From Lytechinus pictus (taxonomy: Eukaryota), in the NCBI RefSeq assembly GCF_037042905.1, contig NC_087251.1, forward strand, positions 22,260,001-22,324,000: a DNA stretch of 64,000 bases, given 5' to 3'. Both the position numbers and the translations under genes were made by a program. Below are positions 25,921 through 38,631 of this stretch, one piece after another (the stretch's first letter is position 1; each line of letters starts with the position of its first letter). The notes under the pieces are model-generated. The model saw only the letters and a list, made by a program, of their open reading frames with translations, was not told the DNA's origin and did no database searches.

Positions 25921-26977
25921 CATGGGCCGCCATCTTGTTTCTTATTGTTCTTCGCTATCATTACAGACGTGCCGCATATCAAGGTGAAGAACAAGAAACA
26001 AGATGACGGCGTAAACATCGAGCAGGTCTTTTCATAATTTTTTTTATAATGAATTCTTGTTTAAAAACGAAATCAATATCGTAGAAATGTCAGAAATGAA
26101 GTTGAATCGCATTTACATGATTTAGGGCTAGAATCCTAGATCTTTTAGAAGTAGAAATCGCGGGGGCGAAAGTTTCAGGTTTTTTTGCGATACACGCACA
26201 TGAATGAATGGGACGCAATCCCTGGCTCCATGGAGAGTAAGCCTACGTTAGTAGAATGATTTTTACTTTCCAGGGGCCTCCTCGCCTTTTCGCTAGTTGA
26301 AGAGGGGTCACATTGCCTTTCTGAAAGTTGATTGATCCTGATACTCAGTGATACTGATCCTCACTCAAGGGTTCATTACATGCCGCTGTGCACAGAAAAA
26401 TCAAGCCATAGAAGTCGTGTGTTGTGGACACCAGAAGTGAAATCCCAGCACGTGCGACCCACTAGTTAGAAATCCACTGCCAAATGCGGTTCATGGTGCG
26501 AGGTTAGTATTTATATATTTATTGGCTAATGCAAGTATTTTACAATTCACAATTATCATCGGCCGATTGAAGTTTTTTTAATTTTTTTTATTGGCACTGC
26601 TACAGTAGGAAACAAGATGGCGGCGTAAACATCGGGCAAGTCTCTTCCGTCTTTTCACAATATTTTTCTCATTTTTTTAATGAATTCTTGTTTAAAAATA
26701 AAACCGAGAGCGTAGAAATGTCGGAAATGAAGTTTTATCCCATGTACATGATTTATGGCTAGATGTTTTAGAAGGAAAGTAGAAATCTCGGGGGCGAAAG
26801 TACTTCAGGTTTTTTTGCGGTACACGCAGATGAATAGGAAGGACTCCCTGGCTTCATTGAGAGTAAGCATACGTTAGTAAATAATTTTTACTCTCAAGAA
26901 GCCGCCTGGCTAAGTAAGCCTACGTAGTAGAAATAATTTTACTCCCCAGAGTCTGGGGAGTAAAAGCCTCCAGGCTA
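25921..26977. mobile_element. Transposon-arm cluster: two diverged direct copies of about 280 bp (about 25995-26270 and 26610-26895) ending at a hairpin plus CCAGGCTA terminus
   Basis: gaaacaagatgrcggcgtaaacatcg...gagagtaagc occurs twice, with an inverted head at 25926-25952 and a perfect palindrome at 26937-26965. Confidence 0.55.
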
Positions 26978-28429
26978 ACCATGACCACCATGTCCACTGG
27001 CACTGCCATACCGGTACCCTCTTACTCTTAGTCTAGGAGATAGGGGGCTTTATTCAGAATTTTTGGTGGGGAAGGTTTGACAAGCTTATCCGGGGTAAAA
27101 TTGTGCGCTGATTCCAAATAAGTCACTCTTATTGACCGTACTCACGCCATTTTGGCAAATTTTTGACCAAAAATGACAATTTTGACCACTCTTTGGAAAA
27201 TGGTCCCTCAACAGAATGCTTTTGTAGCCACATGCAATTAAAAGGGTCTACCTTAAGTAAAAATGCACCCAGATTCCAGATAAAGTGGTTTCATTTGCCA
27301 AATCACAATAGAAGTGGTCAGTTTGGCCATGATTTGGCCAAAAATGACAATTTTCATGATTTTTTTGTCCGAAATGTGTTACAAATATTGATCAGAGCTA
27401 CGATTGGATGTCTTTAGAAATCAACATTTATTTTCAAAATGTGCGCTGGATTATAACCATCAACCTCATGTAATTTATTCTGTAAGCTTTGACCTGTGAA
27501 GGTCATTTTGGGTGCTTTAGACATAACTGACCATTCGCGCAGTATTAACTGTTCATATAGGCAGGAAATTGAGGTCTTCAGTATGTTTTATCTTCTTCCC
27601 TTATAAAATGAGAATGCATTTAAATGTCCTTCTTGTGTAGAATTTTATGCTGATTCCAAATGTACCAGTCTTAATGACCTTATTTAATAGATTATGGTCA
27701 TTTTGGCCACTTATGGCCCTCAAAATGACCAATGACATCATAAGCAGGGTGCGACATAAGCGCTTGCCCGATTGCCCGGGGCAAGTAAAAGTTAGAGTCG
27801 GGCAAGTGTTTTGAAGCAAAGACAAAAACTGATTCTCCTATGGAAATTATATTTTAGAAAGATTCCCCATATTTCACCATCAAAATATAGAAAAGAAAAA
27901 GAGAAAAAAAAGCAATATCATTAATTTCTTCTTTCAAAAAAGTTTATAAGTCATGATTCGAATTGCAAAATTTGCGCCATTTTCTGCAATAAACACACAG
28001 CTCAGAGACATACACGCACACACAGAATCAATGGCAGTCTAGCATAACTAGCTAGCTAGCGCCTAACTTAGTCCACGCAGCCGATGTATGTAGTTTCTAC
28101 GGAGTACGGTGCTGCGCGAACGAAGTTTGAGAAATCTCCCACAGAACTGTCAAAATTCACAATTCTTACCAATGAAAATTCTTGTAATGTCCATATTTCC
28201 TAAAAATTGGGGTAGCTCTGTCATTTGTAAACAGTAAAAGGAGAAATTTTCACTTCTGTTATGCTTCAAAGAGATCGGGTTTCGAATGATCGTCTGTATC
28301 GCACACACTGACAAACATTATTTGACAGTCCCACATATGCATTTGTGTGTATGTTGATAAACGTGGTTTCTTTCGTAACTATTTTTTTTTAGCCAAGGAA
28401 ATTGATAAATTTTCTTCTTTATTTATGAC

Positions 28430-29340
28430 TGGATAGTTTGAGCTTTCTTCCTCTCTATTTTCTTTCTTTCTGCCTATCTTTCCTTCTTTTCTTTTCAATC
28501 TTTCCTTCTTTTGAATCTCTCTTTATTTCTTTAAATTTCCTTCCTTCTTTTGTTCATTTTTTGTTACTATGGTTGTCTTTATTTTTGTCATTCTTTTCTT
28601 TCTATCTTTTTTTCTTTCTTCCTTCCTTCCATCCAACCTTTGTTTACCTCTTTCTTTAATCCTTCCTTCTTTTCCCCTTCCTTTCATTCTTTCTTACTGT
28701 CTTCCTTCCGTCCATCCATTCTTTACCTTTTCTTCCTGTCTTTTTTCTTCCTTACTTTCTTCATCCCTTTCATTCTTTCTTTTCTTTATTTCTTTCCTTC
28801 TTTTCTTTTTGTATATCATTCTTTCTTTCTCCTTCCTTTCTTTCTTTCCTTCTTTCTTTCTGATTTTCTTTATTTCTGTCTATCGTTCTTTTGATCTTTC
28901 TTTTTTCCATCCATCCTTTCTTTTCTTCATTTTTTCTTTCTGCCTTTCTTCATTTTTCCTTCATTTCTTTCTGTCTTTCGTTCTATCTTTCTTTGGCTTT
29001 CTTTTTTTCCTTCCTTCCATCTATCCTTATACTTTTTCTTTCTTCCTTCTTTCCTTTTGTTTTCTTTCTTTCCCTTTTCCTCATTCCTTCCATCAATCCT
29101 TTACCTTTTTTCTTTTTTTATTCGTTCCTTTCTTTCCTTCCTTTCTCTTCCCCTCAGTTTTTTTCTTTTTTCCTTTTTCTTTCCATCCTTCTTTCCCTTC
29201 TTTCTATCTTTCTCTTCCCCGCAACCATTCTCTCACTCTCTTTCTTTATTTCTTTTTTTTCTTTCTTCCTTCGTTTATTTCTTTGTCCTTTCTGTCTTCT
29301 TATTTTGTTTTCTTTCATTCTCTCCCCCTCTCTTAATTTT
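28430..29340. repeat. Pyrimidine-rich low-complexity tract (similar tracts at 20400-21070, 23890-24180 purine on +, 30300-30600, 36470-36970, 43390-44190)
   Basis: Nearly pure C/T composition; source of the spurious F/L/S ORFs. Confidence 0.9.
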
Positions 29341-30819
29341 TTTTCCCAGGTTATTTTTAGTGATTTCCCCCTTTTTTATTGTGTGTCCTAGTCCCCTCCA
29401 AAATATATGGAAAATATATGAGACCATATTGACCATATATTTTGTCATGATGTTCAAGATAAAAATCATTGAAAAAAGAAAGAAATACAACTACAAGGTA
29501 CATCAGTAGTCATGTTGAAAAATGTATTTTTAAAGCCGTCAATGGTATGGTATGTAAAACCATAAGGCTATAACTTGTTTTGAAGCAATAAAACTGTTTT
29601 GAAGGATTTTTTCGGGCAAGTGAAATCTATACTCGGGCAAGCATTTTCCAATTATTTGAAAATTTACTTGCCCGACTGGGCAAGTGCTTCAACAAAGATA
29701 TGTAGCACCTTACTGCGGCAGCCCGAACACGTACTGTGTTCGGGCTGCGTTGTGATTCACCCCGGCTCACCAGATCAAACCAGATGAGCATCGGGAATCA
29801 CAGGAAAAGGAATAAAATTAAACAAAATTGTAATAAAGGAAATCAATACATACTTACAACTTAAGCCGGGATATGGGCGGTCCTCAAAACGAAGAAATAA
29901 TGCCCCAAAACTAGGCAAAAACGGAGGAAAAAATTGCCGATGTGCATTAAAAGTCGTTCGTACAGGAAGCAATGGAGGATCGATATAGCCTTTTGACGAG
30001 GCAACGAGATAAATTGATTTTTATCACCAAACGGGCAAATAAACAAAAACAAACGATAAAAGAGAAAAAAATACTTTAGAAATAAATAATAATTGAATAT
30101 GCGATTTTAGTAAGTTCGTATTATCATCAGATCCTGCCAATATCACTAAAGTCCATATAGAAAATACAACAGAAGGCCCCGACAAAAGGCTATCATTTGA
30201 TACGTCGATCGGAGAGATTGTTATGAATATTCATGAGTCTAGTTCCGTAAATTCTTGCTTCTCCCTTTTGCCTGGCGACTATTTTAGCTACGGCTTTGGT
30301 TTTTTCTTTGAAAGAAATAACATTTTCGTTTGAATTATTTGTTTTTCTTTCTTTCTCCTCCATTCTTTTCTTTTGTTCTGTTTTATTTTCTTTTCCCCCT
30401 TTTTTATTCTTCTTATTTTGTTCCTCTACCTTCTTTTCATTTTTTGTTTGGTCTGTTTTCTTTTTCTTTCTTCCCTTTTTAATTTTATACTTCTCTTTTG
30501 CTCTTTTCCTTCTTCGTCATTTTTCTTCTTTTCTTTTTTTTGTCTCTAATTTTTTTCTTGTCTTTATCCTCTCTTTTTGTTCTTTGTTTCTTCATTTTTT
30601 TCGAGAAATTATGCACATGGTATCGTACTACAATTTTTTTATTATTATTATTATTATTGGAAACTGTATATATATATGTAAATAAACAAGTGAAGAAATA
30701 AATGAACAGTCATAGGAATATATTCGTTGATCCAAATTATTGAGTGATCAGCAAACCATCTCTTTAAGATATTGATGCCTATTTTCTGGAACCCAGCCTC
30801 TGACAGGCCTTTGCTGGCT

Positions 30820-30873
30820 TAGCCTAGAGGACTCCGTGATGTAAAATGATTTTAAAAATATCACGGAGTCCAA
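30820..30873. mobile_element. 54-bp palindromic mini-element
   Basis: TAGCCTAGA followed by GGACTCCGTGAT...ATCACGGAGTCC, flanked by a TGCTGGCT direct repeat (30812-30819, 30874-30881). Confidence 0.55.
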
Positions 30874-32190
30874 TGCTGGCTCCCACATATTTTTATTTTT
30901 TTCTCTCTCTTGTTATGTTTTCCATTTTGTTTATTTTGTATACTGTGCATGTATCATTAGTTTCAATTTGAAATGTATGTTGTATGTTTTAATGAGAATT
31001 TAAAATAAATAAATGAAATGAAAATATATGCAAATCTCATTATCATCCAACAACCATTTTCATACAATATTGATGTATTAATTTGTATTATGTTTGAACG
31101 GAGATCGTAAGATAGAGTATAGAATCATGAAATGTGATTATAATTTATATGTTTGTTTATAGATGAATATGTTATCTTTCATCTTGTTGGCATTTTTTAA
31201 GCTTCAATCATTGAGTATATAAATCTCTGCGGGATAATAAGTATAGGCCTATAATTACTAAGAATTGAGTTGCTCATTATAGGACGCATAATCCTGCTTG
31301 TTTTCCTGGCGTCCAAGAGTTTTTTTTTCTAAAGACATTCCATTCTTTATATTGTTTTTTCTTAAGAATTAATGAATAATCATAGTGACACTAAATCAGC
31401 TTATCTATACTTCTACTACTATACAATTGAAGAATTGACGCAGAAATCAAATTTTGTGATAGATTTTGTCATAACATCCCAATACAAGTTAGGCCTTTAT
31501 CATGCACCTTTTCCCTTTTTTATATAACAAGAACGTAGCAAGGAGGCGGTGGGATGATCTTCCCCACCCTAACGCCCCCCCCCAAAAAAAAAGGAGAAAC
31601 GGTGATAGCGAAGGGGGAAACAATGGCGAAAAGATAGCTTTGCAGGATTTTCTTTCTCATTCTCTCTAAACATTTGCTTCCGCGCATGTTTGCGAGAAAA
31701 TCATTGTTTTTCTCATTTGTTTACCTTTCTATACTACTCCGTTTTTTCATCTCGGCTATATTGCTAGTGTGTTTCGTGGCGGCATCAAGTTTTAAAGAAT
31801 AATATTTGGGAACGGAATTAGTATTAAGATTATAGGTCAAAGTATATGAAGTCATATTGTCTTCAAATTGATCACACAACATTTCCGATCCTTATAGGTC
31901 AGGGTGGTAAACTCTATAATAACAATGCCGTCAATTACCCACAAAGGCTACTTCTTCCGTTTTTCAGCTCTTTACTAGTCAGTCATAATTTATTTGGGGA
32001 CCGCGGACGGCCTGCTCCTCATTTAAAAGGGGCAGTTATAAAAATTGTGCCGTACCTTATATATAAAAAAAGACAGTGCAATATTACTATAGAGTTATAT
32101 GGAAGTTCATGTCATCAATCTCCTGTCGCCTATTTTTGCGCCATTAATTTGATATTTAGCATGTCACTTAAGTTCCTAATCATCCAAATA

Positions 32191-32410
32191 CACTGTTAAA
32201 ATAAATTTAATAACGCTGTTTACGATGTGAATCACACAGTAATTGTTTAAACAGTTTAAAATCTTAAAAAACACAGTTCAAATTCAAATATTTAATTATC
32301 AATAATTAAAACATGATTGTTTAAGATTTTGAACACTTGTTTAAAATGTTTTAACAACTACTGTGCAATTCTCACAGTAAACAGCGTTGTTTGAATTATT
32401 TTTGACAGTG
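32191..32410. mobile_element. CACTG-ended MITE (EnSpm/CACTA-like), TA flanks
   Basis: CACTGTTAAAA...TTTTGACAGTG with long imperfect arms and a 2-bp TA duplication. Confidence 0.75.
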
Positions 32411-32445
32411 TAGAACTAGAAGCGCTTCATATAAATGAGTTCAAT

Positions 32446-32723
32446 CAGGGGCGGATCCATGATTTTCCAAAAGGGGGGCACATTTTTCCAATGAAAAATT
32501 TGACAAGCAAAAAAAAAAGTTTTTCAACCAAAAATTAAGGATATTTCGTCCCCGAAAAAAAATCGAGAATAAAAAAGAATAGAAAAAGTCTTCACTGTCA
32601 AATGGAAGGGTGCACAGTTCGGTTTTAACACAATTTTTACATCACAAATTTTCATTTTGTTCTCAAAGGGGGGGGGGGGGGGAGCACGAGCCGGCTTTGC
32701 CCCCCCCCCTGGATCCGGCAGTG
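32446..32723. mobile_element. hAT-like MITE with 8-bp TSD
   Basis: CAGGGGCGGATCCA...TGGATCCGGCAGTG flanked by AGTTCAAT (32438-32445, 32724-32731). Confidence 0.85.
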
Positions 32724-33702
32724 AGTTCAATGTTTTGAATTTGACAAGCAAAAAAAAGGTCTTTAACACAAAATTAGAGGTCGTTTCGTACCAATTTTGT
32801 TTAGAGGGGGGGGGGGGGGCAGGTGAGGGGTTGATTATGCTACTGCCATGCGGTGAATTAAACAACAAATGGTGATTGGAGATTATCAAAGCGGCATAAT
32901 TTTTTTAAAATTACAATTATTTATTCTTAACATTATCTTGATATTTCTTTTTAAAGCAGGCAAAATTGTTTTTAAGTATTTCCTTTTGTTTTAAAATCAT
33001 ATTCATTCCTTCCTCATTGTTATAACATGTGAAAAAGATAAATAACATGAAATCATTTACATTATTGAATCCGAATTCATAATTAAGAAAATCGTAAATT
33101 GGTTATTCTAAATTCAAAATTAGAATCCATTTGTAAATATTTCTTTGATATTTCATAATCACAAAGGAAATAATAATAATACGGACTAAAAATTTCTGAT
33201 CTAGAAATCTCTGAATATAATGCACAAGCACACTATTGATAAATATTTTGTTCATTTTTAGTATCATTAAATCAAAATAATTTTAGGAAGTTATATAAAA
33301 AAACACACACCAAGCGAACAGTCACGCTTTACCCCCCCCCCCCTTTCCCATAAACAAAGCATAAAAAGAATGAAAAGAAGGAGAAAGAAAGAATATAAAA
33401 AATGACAAAACAAAAAAAAATTATCATAAAAAACACAAAATGTAACAAAATAAAAATATATATGAAATAAATATTTTTTTCATAAATATAGATTTTTTTT
33501 TTTCATTTTAATAATTATTTTTTCATGAATATAGATCTATTTTTTTCCAATTTAAAATGAAAAAATGGTATTGAATTATATGCCTAAATCACGATTTAAT
33601 TGAATCGAGACGACTTGCCGAAAGTTTTCACTCTTCTGACATGCATATTCATTAAACTATGTTGTAAAGGCATGCAGTGACGACATCTTATAAATATTCA
33701 TA

Positions 33703-33865
33703 TGCGCATGCGCAGAATCTTCTTTCACGTTACCTCAAACATGGCGATCTCGCGATTGGGACAAAAGTCCGAAAATTGATGCTCTTTTGAAGAATTTAGT
33801 GGAATTATATACATCATATATATTTCCAAGATATCCTGGCTTAGGAACAGTTTGTTTAGGTAAGA
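33703..33865 (+). promoter_or_regulatory. Promoter/first-exon-like module inside the 4.3-kb element
   Basis: TGCGCATGCGCA (NRF-1 consensus) at 33703-33714, AAACATGGCG (YY1-like) at 33737-33746, and AG|GTAAGA donor at 33860. Confidence 0.4.
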
Positions 33866-35814
33866 TTGATCCTAATCGTTAGATTTTTAATTGATTATGA
33901 TCATCGGTTTTCTAATGCCAAACGTCGCGAAGTTTTGTACTCTGGTGATAATGAGTGGTTGCATTCAGGACCTCGACACTGTCTAAAGACGTCGTGTCGA
34001 GGTTCCCGGGGCAATGTAGCACCCTGCATAAGGAACACAAAAAAGTGCTGTTGCCCCAACCCCGTGGAATGACCCATATATCAAATCAACGGTAACCAGC
34101 GTTACTTGTCATGGCGGGGGGGGGGGGGTTATAGAATGAAGAAATAATAATGCCAAGCACCTCCCTGGTTTAATGGGTTTTTATCATTAAGGGCTCATTG
34201 GGGTTGGATATAATGATGAGGAGGGTATCCAGCCAATTGGTTGTCACGTGACTTGATAAGGGGCCGGGGGGGGGGGTCGCTGTATACTAGTAGGCTAGTC
34301 CTATAATAATGGCATTAACGGCCCGCCATACCCGGCACGTACGTACGCACTACTGAACTACCGTTAACAACGGTCGTGGAGCTGTTGCCTGAAGTTAGCA
34401 ACCTAAAATAATTTAGACCCCTAAAATACAGGATTGCCCATTTTCCAAAGGCAAAGCCAAACTAGGCAAAGCCAAACTAGACAGGAATAACCGTCGTTTC
34501 TGGGGATTTATTCAACAATTTCTGACATTTTACTATAATCCCCATTATGTATTGGTGAGTGAGCCAACGCAGTTCAGCGGAACAACCAAAATACAGAGAC
34601 TGAAGCTTTTGGTCTAAGGCGGCTAAGCCAAACTAAAAGTAAGACTGAACTTGAAAGAGTGTCATTTTTGCAATTTTGGTCAAAAATTTGCCAAAATGGC
34701 GTTACTACGGTCAATAAGACTAAGAGTAAGAGTGACATTTTTGGAATTAGCGCACAATTTTACTCCGGATAAGCCTGTCAAACCTTGCCCACCAAAAATT
34801 CTGAATAAAGCCCCCTATCTCCTAGTCCTAGACTATCTTAGCTCTGCCTCTGGGCTTGTATTATGCCATGCCCCACTCATGGGATCAATGCATCTCGCGT
34901 GCGAAGGATTCATATGCACATGGTGCACGCGAATCTTTCACACACTTTTTACTAAAATAACTATGCCATTCCTTTTTAAATAATGTTTCTAATTGTGCTA
35001 TGACACTTACCGAACCATATAGATCGTTTCTTGACTTCTCTTTGGTGTGTTTTTTAATAAAATAAAAGCATTTTCTCGTGATCTTCACGTAGATGCCGCA
35101 GTATGATCGTGGGTATCAACTTTTGCCTAAAGAGGGCGCGCGATATTATTCACAAGACGTTTGTTTACGATCTGCAGCTTGTACTGCTAGCTGCATTTTA
35201 GACGCTCAGCATTATTTTCCTGTTTCTGTTTTTTTTTTTTTTTTTGCTGTCAAGCGGTATTTTCGATTGTAGTGCCATCAGCGATGATGAAATGTAAAGA
35301 GTCGCCTTGAAATGAAGAAAAATTGTGTCACATTAATTCGTTAGTTTGTTTCCTATTTTTTTGCCCTTTTTCTTCTTCCTCATCTATGATCAAAGGTGAA
35401 TACCTTTTTTTGATATCTGTTCTAAAAGCTGGACATTTTAAATATTTTGTTCAAATAAATAAATCAACAGGATAGTAATCAAAATGCGATAGAGCTGCCC
35501 GAACTGAAAATTCTGATACAAGGAATTGAAAATAAAACATTCTGAGCACTTTTTATAACCATGATGAGGAGACCTATATGTATATATATATATATATATA
35601 TATGTATATGAAATAAGCTAACACGAAAAAAAGACGTTTTGGGGACTGTTAAATAAGAATTCATGAGTGGGATAGGTAACTATCTATTCTATTCTTGTTC
35701 GTTTTCTATTATTATTTTGTGTGTTGTGTTTATTTTTCTTGAAGCACCAAAAGGTGGACATGTCCGATAAAATATATTAACGAAGTCATGCACCATTATT
35801 ATCATAAGCTAACG

Positions 35815-36350
35815 GATCAAAATGCGAGCGTGAAACGTGAGCTTCTTTTTTTCTTAATTCAGTCTTAACGATACTTTTTCATCATATTTTAAAGGTGAAT
35901 CTCATGATTCAAAATGATAAATGCTTGTCGCACGGGCAGAAATAGCGGGACCAACGGTTATTTTCAATATTCCGAACTGCATTCTGGACGTTGTATAAGC
36001 ACCTTTGTATAACAATTAAAAGGGTAGGCCTATTTACCTTACAAATTATGCGAGCGCTGAACTTTTGGACATTTAATCTTCAACAAATTGACATTCTAAG
36101 CATTTTTAAAATATGAACAACATCATAACTGTCACTTACATAAATGATGCCAGCGCGAAGCTCGCACTTATAATTTTTGATATTGATGACAGGACTGTAT
36201 CTAAATGAAAAATAATGCGAGGGCATTTGCGCTTAAGATTTAAATTTGGGATTTGAAAAGTCTGACAGATTACCTATACTTTTAAAAAAGGAATGACATC
36301 CAGAATTCAAGTGCAAAGCGCCAGTAGATTTATGTTGAAGTTAGACCTAG
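35815..36350. repeat. Degenerate array of gcgagcgcgaagcgcgagc-type units (internal repeat of the hAT-like family at 59933-62830, opposite orientation)
   Basis: aatgcgagcg...gagc motifs recurring; a similar array is at 63600-64000. Confidence 0.55.
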
Positions 36351-37149
36351 AACAGGGACGTTGAACCTTTATAATCATGAAAAAGATGGTAGTTTTATAA
36401 ATAAAACATGGAAGTCTAATTTTGTTTTAGTGTTAATATTCAGATCTTCAAACTTGACATTTTCCTATCCCCTTCATCATTCTCTCTCTCTCTCTCCCTT
36501 TCCCCATTTTCGTTCTCCCTTCTTTTCTTCTCTCCCTTTCCCTTCCCTTTTTCGCTTTTCCTTTCCCTTCTTTTCTTTCCTTTCTCCCTCCCCTACTCTT
36601 TCCATTTTTTCTTTCCCTCTCCCTTCCCCTCTTCCTTTCCGTTGTTTAATTTCTTTCTATTTTATGGTCTCCTTTTCCCTCTCTCTCCTCTACCTTTCCC
36701 CCTCCCTTGATCTGTCTTTTCTTGTCTCTCTTTCCCTTTCCCGCCCCCTCCATTCCCTTTCTCGCTTTTCCTTTTCCTTTCCCTTCTTTTCTTTCCTTTC
36801 TCCCTCCCCTACTGTTTTCTCGCTCTTTCCATTTTTCTTTTCCCCTCCCTTTCCCTCTTCTTTCCCCTCTTCCTTTCCTTTGTTTTCTTTCTATTTTATG
36901 GTCTCCTTTTCCCTCACTCTCCTCTACCTTTCCCCCTCCCCTTTTCCTTTCCCTTTCCCTCTCCTTTTTTGTGCAAACATTAACAAGAAAATCTTGCTTC
37001 CTACACACACACACACACAAACGCCCGCAATCTAACACACGTAATGCGAAACAATCGGGACATTATCATTTTGTTCATATATATATATATATATAATCAC
37101 AAAAGGTTTAGTAAATGCCGTAAAAATAAAATCGTAGATTTTAAAAGGA

Positions 37150-37195
<46 letters not shown>

Positions 37196-37472
37196 TTTCT
37201 CAATTAACATTTTCATCTATTTAAAGCTTTGAAAATTAATAAACAACGATTCCATAAGCGAAATCTCAATGATCATTAGGAAGGTACTTTACCCATTTTC
37301 ATTTTATGTCATTGTGATTATTCCATACTAAGGCAACATATTTTGGATATAAAAATACGTGAAGGAAATGTTCCTCTTCTGTTTTATACTTTAACAGAAA
37401 ACATTTTGTTCAACCAAATTATGATTTGTATTTCCAAGTTCCATGTAGTATTTTCATTGGAAAATCTCTTAA

Positions 37473-37730
37473 AGGTCAAGTGCACCCAGAAAAAAAATGT
37501 TTGAATAAATAGAGAATTATGAAACAAGACTATCGCTGAAAGCTTCATCAAAATCGGATGTAAAATAAGAAAGTTATGACATATTAAAGTTTCGCTTATT
37601 TATCACAAAACAGTTACATGCACAATTCATTGATATCTAAATGAGAGAGTCAATAATGTCACTATTTCTCTTTTATTGTTCGAATTATACAATATTTCAA
37701 TTTTCACGACTTTGACCAAATAGGACCCTC
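37473..37730 (+). mobile_element. Left half of a Kolobok-like MITE (same family as 59015-59609)
   Basis: TTAA|AGGTCAAGTGCACCCAG start; body homologous to 59015-59280. Confidence 0.7.
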
Positions 37731-38304
37731 TTTAAGTATATACATGAGAATGAGATGCAACCTGTTGATTTTTGGTACAATTTCCTATTATGCGCCGACG
37801 ACTTGAATCGAGAATGTTCGATTTTTGTTTGCGTAATTTCCACCGCAGTATGAAGGATGCTAAGGACGGACCGAGCGAAGTATCCTGATTGAGATTTGGA
37901 GGTAAGCGATAAAAACACCTTTATCAAAAATTTCTAATTCATTTTAAAAATGAACTAAATCATACGATCAAGATTAACATCGTGGAAAAATATTGAAAGA
38001 TTTGGCGTTTCATAGTCCCTCACATTCGTGTGATGAATGAAAACGTCAAAATGCACTATGAAATCACATGCGTTGTGCGAGGTTAGTATACTAACCTCGC
38101 ATGTTGTGTGAGTGGCCATGCCCTACCTCGAGCGAAGTTCGTGCAGGCTCCACTCCACTTCACTACCGCTACACTACGCTCCACCTACATGTACCCGAAC
38201 TTCGAGACCATGAACTCGATCGGATATTCCGAGTGACAAAAGGTGGGATTTTATGGGGAGAAAATACAAAATTCATGCAACATCACGATCTTTAAAAACA
38301 AGTA

Positions 38305-38631
38305 CAACTAATATTCTTACTTTACACAAAGTTTCACTTCTTTTCCATGCTTCTATCAGTCTCAAAATTGATGATTTAGAGCCAACATGAAGTTCCTTAC
38401 ACGTAATAATTCGCTGCCGATTTCAGAACATCGCATGCGCGCGAGGGTCCGAGCTCGGACCAGACCCGGTACCTCCCGCATGCGATGTTTTGAAGTCGGC
38501 AGCGCATTAATATTTATACGTGTGAGGAACTTCATGTTGGCTCTAAAGACTAAAGTAAATCATCAAATTTGAGACTGATAGAAGCATCAAAAAGAAGCGA
38601 AACTTTGTGTAAAGTACCAGAATATTAGTTG
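38305..38631. mobile_element. Fold-back MITE with TA flanks (Tc1/mariner-like)
   Basis: Inverted arms of about 140 bp, CAACTAATATTCT...AGAATATTAGTTG, TA on both sides. Confidence 0.8.

Larger units (their letters stand above)
29710..34014. mobile_element. 4.3-kb non-coding insertion with 9-10-bp TSD and palindromic ends (AcademH- or MULE-like, unassigned)
   Basis: (A)TGTAGCACC direct repeat at 29700/29701-29709 and 34014/34015-34023; degenerate TIR TTACTGCGGCAGCCCGAACAC vs TTGCCCCGGGAACCTCGACAC; hairpins at both ends. Confidence 0.75.
27745..34026. mobile_element. P/hAT-like non-autonomous element (about 2 kb body) whose right TIR is split by a 4.3-kb insertion
   Basis: Left TIR CAGGGTGCGACAT; right TIR ATGTAGCACCCTG is restored by removing 29710-34023. 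CATAAG flanks both sides. cttgccc/gggcaag subterminal repeats; shares internal sequence with 48505-50332. Confidence 0.7.
27034..34824. mobile_element. Putative non-autonomous Academ-like element (outer shell of a nest)
   Basis: Inverted repeats of about 165 bp starting TAGGAGATAGGGGGCTTTATTCAGAA and ending ...CCCCCTATCTCCTA, with GTC direct repeats at 27031-27033 and 34825-34827. Could instead be two independent inverted copies. Confidence 0.55.

Noticed and set aside
28438..29509. Long F/L/S-rich ORFs (also 20479-21072, 23837-24199, 30296-30685, 36361-37096, 43357-44207, 51091-51674)
   Set aside because: They arise from stop-poor low-complexity or T-rich tracts, often open in several frames at once; they are not membrane proteins.
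38101..38295. Similar ORFs at 38101 and 55286 as a small gene family
   Set aside because: The two copies differ by indels and different starts, and no domain is recognisable; treated as a DNA-level repeat.
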